Shown: piece after piece, positions 1 to 13,565 of the stretch | How the letters are laid out: every line of letters begins with the position of its first letter | Numbering within the stretch: the stretch's first letter is position 1 | NCBI GenBank assembly: GCA_040752415.1 | Contig: JBFMGU010000072.1 | Coordinates: forward strand, 1 to 41,842 | Source: Myxococcota bacterium | Lineage (GTDB): Bacteria > Myxococcota > JACRCW01 | DNA length: 41,842 nt | Direction of reading: 5' to 3' | Notes under the pieces: model-generated | The model's database searches: none | The model's input: only the letters and a program-made list of their open reading frames with translations | Told to the model about the DNA's origin: nothing | Made by a program: the position numbers and the translations under genes

Positions 1-2
1 GC

Positions 3-1607
3 GGCGCCGCGCTGGTGGTGGGCACGCCGGGCCGCATCATTGACCAGATCGAGCGCAAGAACCTCAAGCTGGACGGCATCCGCACCGTGGTCCTGGACGA
101 GGCCGACGAGATGCTGTCCATGGGCTTCTGGGAAGACGTGACGCGCCTCCTGGACTGGATGCCGCGGGAGAAGCAGACGCTGCTCTTCTCCGCCACCATG
201 CCCGACGCCATCGAGCGCGCGGCCCAGCGCTACCTCAAGGACCCGCTCCGCCTGAAGCTCAGCGGCGACGTGTACAGCGTCGAGGGCATTGAGAACCTGT
301 ACTATCTCGTCGAGGGAGACCTGCCCAAGCCGCGCAACTTCCTGTGGATGATGGAAGTCCACCGGCCCCGCAGCGCCATCGTCTTCGCCAACACGCGCGG
401 CGAGAGCGAGATGGTGTGCCACTACCTGCGTCGGTTCGGGTTCAACGTGGACGTGCTCAACGGCGACCTGCCGCAGAAGGAGCGCGAGCGCGTGATGCGT
501 CGGGTGAAGGCTGGCGAGCTGGACATCATGGTGGCCACGGACATTGCCAGCCGCGGCATTGACATCTCCGACCTCAGCCACGTCTTCAACTACGACCTCC
601 CTGAGGACCCGGAGGTCTACATCCATCGCGTGGGTCGCACGGGCCGCATTGGCAAGAAGGGCATTGCCGTGAGCCTGGTGCGGGGCCGGTACGAGGCCAC
701 CCTGGACATCCTGCGCAAGAAGTTCAACGTCCCCCTCATTGCCCAGACGCTTCCGCCGGAATCGGAGATCATCAAGATGCAGAGCGACCGCCTGGCCGCG
801 CAGCTGCGCGAAGAGCTGGCCCACGTCGAGATCAGCCAGTACCGCCCCGTGGCCGAGGAGATGGTGAAGGCCGCCGACGCTCCCGAGCTGATGGCCTTCC
901 TCCTCCGTCAGTACTACTCCGCGCGCAGCGCCCGCGGTGAAAGCGCGCCCGCCGCGGAAGGTGCCGAGGGAATGCCGCGTGAGCGGCCACGTCGCGAGGA
1001 GCGCCCTCGTCGGGAAGACCGGCCTCGACGGGAGGAGCGTCCGCGTCGGGAGGACCGGCCTCGTCGGGAAGAGCGGCCGCAGGCCGAGGGCGCCGCGGCG
1101 GAGCCGCCCAAGGGCGCACTGTACGTCGGGCAGGGGCAGAACCAGGGCGTCACCGAGCAGGCGCTGCGGGAGTTCCTGCTGTCCCGCGGCGGCGTGGCGG
1201 TGGATGAGGTCAAGCAGATCCGCGTCGAGGGCGACTACAGTGTGGTGCAGGTGAGCCCCAACGTCGTCGACACGCTGGTGACGCGCTGCAACGGGCAGCA
1301 GATGGGTGAGCTGACCATGCGCGTGGAGCCCAAGCGCCTCCCGCCCCGTGACCGGGAGCGTGGTCCTCGTCGGGACCGTCGGGACCGTCCGCCGCGTCGG
1401 GAAGGTGCGCCCGCGGCTGCCGAGGGTGCCCCGGCTGCCGAGGGTGCCGAGGAAGAGGGCGAGGAGGAGGCTGGCGCGGCGGGTGGCGAGGGGGATCGTC
1501 CTCGGCGGCGTCGGCGTCGTCGTCGCGGGCCGCGGCCCGAGGGGCAGGCCGGTGCGCCGCAGGGTGAAGGTGGTGGTGGAGGGGGTGGTGAGGGTACGTC
1601 GTCGTGA
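3..1607 (+). CDS. DEAD-box RNA helicase (DeaD/CsdA-like) with DbpA-type RNA-binding domain; 5' end lies outside the window
   Basis: Motifs GTPGR, LDEADEM, FSATMP, ATDIASRGID and YIHRVGRTGR are present. Q motif and Walker A are missing because the frame is open to the window edge. C-terminal LYVGQG...IRVEGDYSVVQV resembles a DbpA domain; Arg/Glu-rich tails. Confidence 0.93.
   Translation, partial: GAALVVGTPGRIIDQIERKNLKLDGIRTVVLDEADEMLSMGFWEDVTRLLDWMPREKQTLLFSATMPDAIERAAQRYLKDPLRLKLSGDVYSVEGIENLYYLVEGDLPKPRNFLWMMEVHRPRSAIVFANTRGESEMVCHYLRRFGFNVDVLNGDLPQKERERVMRRVKAGELDIMVATDIASRGIDISDLSHVFNYDLPEDPEVYIHRVGRTGRIGKKGIAVSLVRGRYEATLDILRKKFNVPLIAQTLPPESEIIKMQSDRLAAQLREELAHVEISQYRPVAEEMVKAADAPELMAFLLRQYYSARSARGESAPAAEGAEGMPRERPRREERPRREDRPRREERPRREDRPRREERPQAEGAAAEPPKGALYVGQGQNQGVTEQALREFLLSRGGVAVDEVKQIRVEGDYSVVQVSPNVVDTLVTRCNGQQMGELTMRVEPKRLPPRDRERGPRRDRRDRPPRREGAPAAAEGAPAAEGAEEEGEEEAGAAGGEGDRPRRRRRRRRGPRPEGQAGAPQGEGGGGGGGEGTSS
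984..1079 (+). repeat. Degenerate 18-bp coding tandem repeat, (RPRRE[E/D]) x5 plus RP
   Basis: Translation RPRREE RPRRED RPRREE RPRRED RPRREE RP with synonymous codon variation between units. Confidence 0.9.
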
Positions 1608-2245
1608 GCAGAGACAATCTGGCACGTCAGCTGAGTGACCTGGATCCGCGCACGGACCGCTACCGGGTCCTGCTGTGCGCCCGCGACTTCCGCGCCAGCT
1701 GGGTGAACCTGGCGGAAGCGCTGCACCAGGTGGAAGAGACGCAGAAGTTCCTGGAGTGGGGCTTCAAGGACATCAACGAGTACTGCGAGCAGGAGCTGCG
1801 CATCAGCCCGCGCACCGCCGCCAAGCTGCTCAAGAGCTACCGCTTCCTCGCCGAGAACGAGCCGGAGGCCGTGGCCAACCGTGAGGACGACCCGCGCAAC
1901 CGCCCCGCTGTCCCCGACGTGGCCCAGGTGAGCTTCCTGGCCCGCGCCGCCAAGGATGAGCGCGTCCCCGAGGGCGTCTACAAGAAGCTCCGCGACGCCG
2001 CCTTCCGCGACGGCGCCACCGTCACCGAGCTGCGCACCAAGTTCAAGGAGGCCGTCCCCGACGCCCCCAAGCCGCGCACCGTCCGCGACGAGGCCAAGGC
2101 GCTCCGCGTGGCGCTCTCCCACGCCGCTCGCACCCTGGAAGTGCTGAGCGAGGTGGAAGGCCTGGATGACGAGGTCATGGCCATGGCGGAGAAGCTCCGC
2201 GACGCCATCGCCTTCCGCCTCCCCCGCGAGAGCAAGGAACAATAA
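1604..2245 (+). CDS. Hypothetical helical protein, translationally coupled to the helicase
   Basis: GTGA start/stop overlap with the helicase; strong GC3 codon bias; WGF...YCEQELRISPRTAAKL segment looks HTH-like. Confidence 0.8.
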   Translation: MSRDNLARQLSDLDPRTDRYRVLLCARDFRASWVNLAEALHQVEETQKFLEWGFKDINEYCEQELRISPRTAAKLLKSYRFLAENEPEAVANREDDPRNRPAVPDVAQVSFLARAAKDERVPEGVYKKLRDAAFRDGATVTELRTKFKEAVPDAPKPRTVRDEAKALRVALSHAARTLEVLSEVEGLDDEVMAMAEKLRDAIAFRLPRESKEQ

Positions 2246-2268
2246 GCCCACCTCGCGCGTCCAATCAC

Positions 2269-3069
2269 GTGATGCATGCGTGGCTGGTTGCGCTGACGCT
2301 GATGGGACCCACGGACACGGTGGTGGACCGCGTGCCGCCGCCGTCGGGATACACCCGCGTGCCTGCCGCCGCGGGGTCCTTTGGTGCGCACCTGCGCGCG
2401 TTGTCGCTGAAGCCGGGTCAGCCGCCGGTCCGCCTGTACGACGGAAGAGAGAAGCGCAACCAGGGCGCGCACCTGGCGGTCTACGCGCTCTCCGTGGGGG
2501 AACAGGACCTCCAACAGTGCGCGGACTCGATCATCCGCGTCAGGGCGGACTGGCTGCGCGCACAGTCCCGTGACGACGAGATCTGCTTCCGGTTCACCAG
2601 CGGGGATGCCGCCAGCTGGAAGCGGTGGAGGAACGGGGAGCGGCCGCAGGTGAAGGGAAACCGGGTGAAGTGGGCCACCACCGCCGCGCGTGACGACGGG
2701 GAACGCACCTGGCGGGAGTACCTGGAGACCGTGTTCATGTACGCGGGCACGTACTCGCTGCGACGGGAGATGACGGCGGTGGCGGACCCGCGCGACGTGC
2801 GCATGGGGGACGTGTTCATCCAGGGTGGATTCCCGGGGCACGTGGTGATCGTCGTCGACGTGGCGGAGAATCCCGACGGGGACCGCGTCTTCCTGCTGGC
2901 GCAGGGGTACACGCCAGCGCAGGACTTCCACCTGTTGCGGAATCCGTCGTCGGCCACGAGCCCGTGGTACCGCGCCGAAGATGAAGGGGAGCTGGTGACG
3001 CCGGAGTGGACGTTCCAACGCGCGGATCTGCGACGATTCCCGACGAGGGCATGCGCGGGGAACCGTTGA
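2269..3069 (+). CDS. DUF4846-family secreted protein
   Basis: Family-type motifs DLQQCADSIIRVRA, VFMYAGTYSL, GDVFIQGGFPGHVVIVVD, FLLAQGYTPAQDFH; hydrophobic N-terminus. Start is GTG 2269 or ATG 2272. Confidence 0.85.
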   Translation: MMHAWLVALTLMGPTDTVVDRVPPPSGYTRVPAAAGSFGAHLRALSLKPGQPPVRLYDGREKRNQGAHLAVYALSVGEQDLQQCADSIIRVRADWLRAQSRDDEICFRFTSGDAASWKRWRNGERPQVKGNRVKWATTAARDDGERTWREYLETVFMYAGTYSLRREMTAVADPRDVRMGDVFIQGGFPGHVVIVVDVAENPDGDRVFLLAQGYTPAQDFHLLRNPSSATSPWYRAEDEGELVTPEWTFQRADLRRFPTRACAGNR

Positions 3070-3139
3070 GCAGGTCAGCCTGAGCCAAAGCGGTACTTCA
3101 TACCGCAGTCCGAAAGGGGGCGGGCCCCGCGCGCTCGGC

Positions 3140-4633
<1,494 letters not shown>

Positions 4634-4658
4634 GATCTCTGTGGCTCCTGTGGGGCGG

Positions 4659-5768
<1,110 letters not shown>

Positions 5769-5807
5769 GGACTTGCCTCCTCGGGCAGGTGGAAGGCTGT
5801 GGCCATC

Positions 5808-7868
<2,061 letters not shown>

Positions 7869-7962
7869 TGGAGAGGACCTCCTTGGAAGCTTGAGGGAAC
7901 GTTCTAACAGGAAACCGGAAGGTCGCACGTCGGGCGGAGGGGCGGCAAGGCATACACTCGCG

Positions 7963-8598
7963 TCACCAGCGCACCCCTGCGGAAAACTGCAGGGTGGCGG
8001 TGGAGAGGCTCACCCCCGACGTGGGCAGGCCTCGCTCGTGCCCGAGCAGGTAATCCAGGCGGAAGAATGCGGGCTCCACGCCCGTGGCCACCCCCACGCT
8101 GGCAAATGCGCCCAGCAGGGGATGCATTCGCGGCGGGCCGGGCCCGTTGTCCAACTTGAACTGGAGCACGCGCGCGCCCGCCGTCAGCCCCACGGCCACG
8201 GTGGGTTCCAGGAACCAGCGACCCTGTCTGAGCAGCGCGCCCAGCGTCATGGCGGCACCGGTGTGGAAGCCCCAGCGCCAGACCTGGTGCGGCGTGTTTC
8301 CGCGCGCTTCCACGACGGGAATCAGCGGCGCCAACGCCACGGCCCCGGTGGTCTGCGGCACCACGGTGCGCGCGAAAATCTCGCCGCCCAGCAGCAGGGG
8401 ACCCCACACCGCTCGACGCAGCCCGGTTCGCGCGCCCCACGAAACGTCGACGAGGGCCCGATGGACGTCGACGGACGTGGGAGAGGAATGCGTCCCGGTG
8501 AGGAGCTCCACGTGGATGCCCAGCGGTGACGAAAGCGAAGCCGCACGAAGCGGATTCACCGCCAACACGAGCCACGCGGTGGCCACGAGGACGCGCAT
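7963..8598 (-). CDS. Putative outer-membrane beta-barrel protein
   Basis: Signal-peptide-like N-terminus ([19 protein letters not shown]), alternating amphipathic strands, C-terminal LQFSAGVRW resembling a beta-signal; TGATG overlap with the upstream gene. Confidence 0.6.
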   Translation of the reverse strand: MRVLVATAWLVLAVNPLRAASLSSPLGIHVELLTGTHSSPTSVDVHRALVDVSWGARTGLRRAVWGPLLLGGEIFARTVVPQTTGAVALAPLIPVVEARGNTPHQVWRWGFHTGAAMTLGALLRQGRWFLEPTVAVGLTAGARVLQFKLDNGPGPPRMHPLLGAFASVGVATGVEPAFFRLDYLLGHERGLPTSGVSLSTATLQFSAGVRW

Positions 8599-10019
8599 CA
8601 CAGCTGACAGGGCCCGTTCGCACGCGGAACGTGCGCGCACTGCGGCGCTGCTTCGCCCACGGGGAATGGGAAGGGCAGATCACCAAAGCGGTCGCAGAGC
8701 GGACGGCAGACGGCATCCCGGACAACGTGCTGGGTCTCTCCTTCCCCCACAACCTCCTCGACGTAGCGACGTACCAATTGCCGTGCATCAAACCGGTACT
8801 CGCCCCCCATGTCACGCCCCAGCACGCGCACGGCGCGGATGAGGGCGGGCGCGTGACGTCGACGCACCAGGGCCACGCGCTCCTCGTCGGAAGCGGGCGG
8901 CGTGCCGTCATCCCGGGTGATGCCCTGGAAGAATGCGCGCGCCAGCAGGGTGCCCAGCCGGTGTGGTCGCAGGCGGGATTTCTGCGCGTCGCGGACGGTG
9001 TTGGGTCCGTAGCGTTCCAGGTCGGTGGGGTCGCTGGGAGTGCCGGCGAGATCGCGCTGCGCGGCCTCCGTGGAGCTGCCCAGCGGTGGCGCCGGGAAGG
9101 AGTGGTGCATCAGGAAATCGGAGCGGCCGGTGTACGCGTACGCCAGGATGTCGGCGAAGCCCTCGTCCATGCCGCGCAAGAGCAGGTCGGTGGCGTCGCA
9201 CTCGGCAACCTCGTCGTCGGGGGTGGGGTCCGTGCAGGTGGCGTTGCGCTGTTCCTCCGTGCCCAGCCGACGGAGCACGTAGAAGCGGAACGCGGAATCC
9301 TCCGCCAACAGGTTCTGGATGAACACGCGGTGCGCGAGCTCATGCGCCTGCACGCCCGGGTTGTTCACCAGCTCCACGCCGTAGGAGGTGAAGGCGTCGC
9401 GAAGCAGGACGAAGGTGTCCGCGGTGGGAACATAGGACGCGCCATCCGCGGTCTCGACGGGGAGCGTGGGCACGGGCAGCACCCCGGGGAGCGGCTGACA
9501 TCCCAGCCCCAGCTCGCCGTAGAACGCCACGGTGGCGCGGGTCTCCGTGGCGGGGGAACGGTCGCCGAGCACGTCGTGGAAGAAGGCGGAGATGTGGTCC
9601 AGGTTCACGTAGGTGGTGAGCATGGCCAGGCTGTCATGGTCCGCCGCCACCACCACGCCTTGCGGGTGATTCTCGTCGGGAAGCACGTCGTACTGCAGGT
9701 CCACCACCTGCGGCGCCTCCAGGATTCCCAGGCGGAAGAACGCGTCGCGCCCCAGCGCGTTGACGTCGGTGTTGAGGAGCGTGGAGCACAGGTTGCCGTG
9801 GAAGCTGCCTCCGCCCCGGATCACCACGCGCTGTCCTTCCAGCTGCTTCAGCCGCGGCTGATAGGCACCCACGCTCTCTGCCAGCGGCTCGCTGTCCAAC
9901 GACGCCACCACGGAGCGCACCAGGCCGAAGGCATCCGTTCCCGGCAGGAGCCCCACGTGCTCCACGACGAGCGAACGCTCCGAGCACGAGGCCACCAGGA
10001 GCGCGACCACCAGCGTCAT
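8598..10019 (-). CDS. Lipoprotein with gluzincin (M4/M36-like) zinc-metallopeptidase motifs
   Basis: Lipobox-like LLVASC; AHELAH (9330-9344) and downstream GMDEGFAD third-ligand motif (about 9150-9173). Start is ATG 10019 or GTG 10046. Confidence 0.72.
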   Translation of the reverse strand: MTLVVALLVASCSERSLVVEHVGLLPGTDAFGLVRSVVASLDSEPLAESVGAYQPRLKQLEGQRVVIRGGGSFHGNLCSTLLNTDVNALGRDAFFRLGILEAPQVVDLQYDVLPDENHPQGVVVAADHDSLAMLTTYVNLDHISAFFHDVLGDRSPATETRATVAFYGELGLGCQPLPGVLPVPTLPVETADGASYVPTADTFVLLRDAFTSYGVELVNNPGVQAHELAHRVFIQNLLAEDSAFRFYVLRRLGTEEQRNATCTDPTPDDEVAECDATDLLLRGMDEGFADILAYAYTGRSDFLMHHSFPAPPLGSSTEAAQRDLAGTPSDPTDLERYGPNTVRDAQKSRLRPHRLGTLLARAFFQGITRDDGTPPASDEERVALVRRRHAPALIRAVRVLGRDMGGEYRFDARQLVRRYVEEVVGEGETQHVVRDAVCRPLCDRFGDLPFPFPVGEAAPQCAHVPRANGPCQL

Positions 10020-10100
10020 CCCCGAGCGGATGCGAGCACCGATCACACCGTCACTTGTACCGTGCCCCGCCTTCCCACGCGATTTCCACGCGCCGCGACG

Positions 10101-10697
10101 TCAATCCCAGACCGCGAAGAGCTGCACCTCGCTGATGGAGATGACGCGGATGGCGGTGGTGGCCTTGGGACCGTGGACGGAGATGGCCCCTTCCACCACG
10201 CCCACGTGATGACAATCCGGGAACGCCCACACATCCTTGAGGTGCAGCAGCACGCTCCTGGGAGTCTGCTCGACGACGGTGCACTTCCCGTAGTTGGACG
10301 CAATCTCATAGGCCTTGGAGGTGATGCGGAGGACGCCATTGAGGTCACGCCCCAGGGCACCGAACACCACGCGGCCGATCATGGAGTCCAGCAGCGCGGG
10401 ATAGACGCCCAGGCCCAGCTCATAGAGCGCACGACGGGGCGGCACGTTGGGATGCAACAACCGCGCGGTGTCGACGAGCGCCTGCAGGTAGAGGGGGACG
10501 GGATAGTCCTTGAAGGCAATGAAGCGCTCGCCGTCGCGCGGGTGCTTGAGCTGCTTCTTCTGCGCCATCTCGACGAGCCGATGGATGAACATGCCCTTGA
10601 CGCGCGCCTCCGCGGGCAGCCGCGCCAGGCGCTCGTCCACATCCAAGGGTGCATTGAAATCCGGCGCCACGAATCCCGGACGCGAGACCCCCGCCAT
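10101..10697 (-). CDS. DUF2378 family (Myxococcales-type) protein
   Basis: VKGMF, AFKDYP, SMIGRV, SNYG and GVVEG motifs typical of the family; about 198 aa. Confidence 0.8.
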   Translation of the reverse strand: MAGVSRPGFVAPDFNAPLDVDERLARLPAEARVKGMFIHRLVEMAQKKQLKHPRDGERFIAFKDYPVPLYLQALVDTARLLHPNVPPRRALYELGLGVYPALLDSMIGRVVFGALGRDLNGVLRITSKAYEIASNYGKCTVVEQTPRSVLLHLKDVWAFPDCHHVGVVEGAISVHGPKATTAIRVISISEVQLFAVWD

Positions 10698-10700
10698 GGC

Positions 10701-11732
10701 TCACCCCCTCGTCACGCCCCCCTCGCCACCGCCCTGTTCCAACCGCTGCACCTCCGCCAGCTTCTCGTGCACGCGGGCGCGGTCCGGCTCACTGTGGGCG
10801 CTGGCCTGCAGGCACCTGCGCGCCGCCTTCACCTGCCCCAGCTTCAGCAAGGCCTCACCCTTGGCGCACAGCAGCGCGGCATCCCGCGGCTCCGCGTACA
10901 GGCCCTCCTCGACGAGGGCGAGCGCCGCTGCCGGGTCCCGCGCGAGCAACAGGTCGGTCAGGCCCACGCGCGCGTCGATCTGGTCGGGGTGTTGACGGAG
11001 GATGTCGCGGTAGTGGCGTTCCGCGTCGGAGAGGTGGCCGCAGCGCGCACAGGCCTCCGCGAGCAACAGACGCGCCTCCACGTCACGCGGGGAGAACGCG
11101 GCAGCCCGCAAGGCGGCGCGCAAAGCCACGCTTCCGTCGCCACGGCCCAGCGCCAGCCGCGCCTGCGCCAGGAATCCCACGCGCGTCTCCCGGTGCTCGT
11201 CGACGACGCGCCGCAGGTGCTCCCGTGCACGTTCCCCCTCACCCATCACGGTGGCGGCGTGCGCGGCCTTCATGCGCAGTTCCGGGTCGGAGCCCGCGCG
11301 CCACAACGCCCGCTCCAGGTGCTGCAGCGCGGTCCCGAAGCGACGTTGATCCAGCAGCGCCTCCCCCAGCATGCGGTGCAGCGCGTGATTGCCCGGCTCC
11401 CGCTTGAGCGCCCGACGGTAGAACCGCACCGCCAGTCCCAGGTCCCCGGTGATCTGCGCGCAGCGGCCGGCAAGGCAGCAGCTCTCGAAGTCCGCGGGCC
11501 CGGCGCCCCCCTCGACGTCGCCGGCGGCCTCATCCGCCCGCGCGTACGCGCGCCCCGCCCCCAGCAGCCACCCCACGGAGGCCAGCAGGTCCCCCACGTT
11601 GCGGTGGTAGGCCGCTTCACTCATGGCCAGGAAGAGGTTGCGGAGCGCGTACAGCCCCGCCCAGCCAAGCCCCACCACCAGCGTCACCCCGACGCGGTAG
11701 ACGAGCCTGAGCGGAGCGGGGAGCGGCCTCAT
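10701..11732 (-). CDS. Tetratricopeptide-repeat protein with N-terminal membrane anchor
   Basis: Repeated A..Y.RAL..EP / LGEALL / A...L..A TPR-like helices; hydrophobic segment near residues 11-36. Confidence 0.8.
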   Translation of the reverse strand: MRPLPAPLRLVYRVGVTLVVGLGWAGLYALRNLFLAMSEAAYHRNVGDLLASVGWLLGAGRAYARADEAAGDVEGGAGPADFESCCLAGRCAQITGDLGLAVRFYRRALKREPGNHALHRMLGEALLDQRRFGTALQHLERALWRAGSDPELRMKAAHAATVMGEGERAREHLRRVVDEHRETRVGFLAQARLALGRGDGSVALRAALRAAAFSPRDVEARLLLAEACARCGHLSDAERHYRDILRQHPDQIDARVGLTDLLLARDPAAALALVEEGLYAEPRDAALLCAKGEALLKLGQVKAARRCLQASAHSEPDRARVHEKLAEVQRLEQGGGEGGVTRG

Positions 11733-11738
11733 GCGTTC

Positions 11739-12041
11739 CTACTTGGCAAAGAACTTGATGACGCTCTGGACGTAGCCGCCTTCCTTGCCCACCAGGTGCT
11801 CCAGCTCACCGCTGTCCAGGTAGACGCCGCCGCAGGAGAAGCACTTGTCGATCTGCGCGTCCTTGTAGGCCACCTCGTGCAGGTCGGAGCCGCACTTGGG
11901 GCACTTCATGAAATGCAGCTTCTTGGCTTCCTCACGCTGCTGCTGGCTCAGCTTGGCGCTCTGCTCGGCGGCGAGCTTGCGCTTCTTCTCCAGCTCCTCG
12001 CGGGCAAAGAACTCTTCCTCGGTACTGGACGGCTTGGTCAT
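11739..12041 (-). CDS. zf-TFIIB-type zinc-ribbon protein
   Basis: EEEFFARE coiled N-terminus, MKCPKCG...IDKCFSCGGVYLDSGELE; GAGGAG RBS upstream of ATG 12041. Confidence 0.88.
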   Translation of the reverse strand: MTKPSSTEEEFFAREELEKKRKLAAEQSAKLSQQQREEAKKLHFMKCPKCGSDLHEVAYKDAQIDKCFSCGGVYLDSGELEHLVGKEGGYVQSVIKFFAK

Positions 12042-12072
12042 ATGGCCTTGCTCCTCTTGGGGGGGACGGACC

Positions 12073-13422
12073 TCACTTGGCGTCCGCAAACATGTTGATG
12101 AGTCGTTCCTTCATCTCGTCAAACGAGCACAGGTCGTGCGTGGGCTGCCGCAAGAACGACTCCACCTCTTCAATCTTGTCAATGGCGTAGTCCACCTTGG
12201 GGTCGGTGCCGTAGTTGTACGCGCCCAGCAGGATGAGGTCGCGGTTCTTCTCGTAGGTGGCCAGCACCTCGCGCAGCTTGCCGGCGGCCCGCTTGTGCTC
12301 GTCGTCGACAATGCCGCTCATCACGCGGGAGAGCGAGGGCAGCACGTCAATGGCCGGCCAGTGGTTGCGGGCGCCGAGCGCGCGGTTGAGGATGATGTGT
12401 CCGTCGAGAATACCGCGGACCTCGTCGGCAATGGGCTCTTCCATGTCACCGCCCTGCACCAGGATGGTGTAGAGCGCGGTGATGGAGCCCTTGTCGTTGT
12501 TGCCGGTGCGCTCCATGAGGCGCGGGATCTGGGCGAACACGCTGGGCGGATAACCCTGGCGTGCCGGCGGCTCACCCAGCGCCAGGCCAATCTCACGCTG
12601 CGCACGGGCAAAGCGCGTGGAGGAGTCCATCATGAACAGCACGTCCTTGCCCTGGTCGCGGAACCACTCCGCCACGGCGGTGGCCACAAAGCAGCACTTG
12701 AGGCGCACCAGTGAGGGCGTGTTGGACGTGGCGCACACCACCACGGACTTCTTCATGCCCTCCTCGCCCAGGGAGTCGTGGATGAACTCCAGCACCTCGC
12801 GACCACGCTCACCGACGAGACAGGTGACCACCACCTCCGCCGCGGTGTTCCGCGCAATCTGGCCCATCAGCGTGGACTTGCCGACGCCGGAGCCGGCGAA
12901 CAGACCAATACGCTGCCCCCGTCCGACGGTGAGCAGGCCATCCAGCGCGCGGACACCCATCTGGATGGGGCGGTCCACGGGCTGACGGCTCATGGGGTCG
13001 GGGCACTCACGCTCCACGGCCCAGTCCTCCAGGCCGGGAATCTCCTCGAGGGGCGGGCCTCCGTCGCTGGGCTCACCAATGCCGTTGAGCACGCGACCCA
13101 GCAGGCCCCAACCGCAGCGCACGGAGAAGGGTTTTCCCGTCGGGATGACCTCGGAGTCGGGGCCCAGGTCCTTGGCTTCACCGAGCGGCATGAGGAACAC
13201 GGCCTCATCCTTGAAGCCCACCACCTCGGTCTTCAGCTCGCTACGACCGTGGGGGTTGCGGATGACGCACACCTCCCCCAGGCGCACGCCGGGGACGGCG
13301 GCCTTGATCACCAGGCCGGTGACCTCGGTGACGCGCCCGCGCACGCGTACCGGCGTGGCACTCTCGATGTTGTCTAGGTACTTGCGGAGGTTGACCACCG
13401 GGGCCAGCTCAGCGTCTGCCAT
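12073..13422 (-). CDS. sctN: FliI/YscN (SctN) family type III export ATPase
   Basis: GQRIGLFAGSGVGKS (Walker A), GERGREV, MMDSSTRFARAQREIGL, GEPPARQGYPPS, GSITALYT, DEVRGILDGHI, LILLGAY. Confidence 0.93.
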   Translation of the reverse strand: MADAELAPVVNLRKYLDNIESATPVRVRGRVTEVTGLVIKAAVPGVRLGEVCVIRNPHGRSELKTEVVGFKDEAVFLMPLGEAKDLGPDSEVIPTGKPFSVRCGWGLLGRVLNGIGEPSDGGPPLEEIPGLEDWAVERECPDPMSRQPVDRPIQMGVRALDGLLTVGRGQRIGLFAGSGVGKSTLMGQIARNTAAEVVVTCLVGERGREVLEFIHDSLGEEGMKKSVVVCATSNTPSLVRLKCCFVATAVAEWFRDQGKDVLFMMDSSTRFARAQREIGLALGEPPARQGYPPSVFAQIPRLMERTGNNDKGSITALYTILVQGGDMEEPIADEVRGILDGHIILNRALGARNHWPAIDVLPSLSRVMSGIVDDEHKRAAGKLREVLATYEKNRDLILLGAYNYGTDPKVDYAIDKIEEVESFLRQPTHDLCSFDEMKERLINMFADAK

Positions 13423-13494
13423 GTCCCTGCTCCTGCGGCGCGGGATCCGGGTCCCGTCTGGCGGACTCTAGCAAGCTCTGGCGTTGCCGGCCTC

Positions 13495-13539
13495 AAAGAG
13501 AAGGCCCCTCCCGGCGACGTGCGCTGGAAGGGGCCTCTC
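13495..13539 (-). terminator. Probable intrinsic terminator after the LolA-like gene, upstream of sctN
   Basis: Minus strand GAGAGGCCCCTTCCAGCG-CACGT-CGCCGGGAGGGGCCTTCTCTTT forms a long GC stem followed by a pyrimidine run. Confidence 0.6.
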
Positions 13540-13565
13540 ATCACCGCCCGTTGCGGTGGGCGGCG

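Noticed and set aside
984..1079. Regular 18-bp repeat as a possible CRISPR or DNA-level repeat
   Set aside because: No unique spacers; it is in-frame, varies at synonymous positions, and no cas genes are present.
8526..12098. 1190-aa plus-strand ORF, and four consecutive minus-strand genes sharing one reading frame (possible readthrough fusion)
   Set aside because: The ORF is the shadow of four genes that happen to be in register (about a 1 in 27 chance). Each gene has its own start, the last has its own lipoprotein signal, and no readthrough or SECIS signal was seen.
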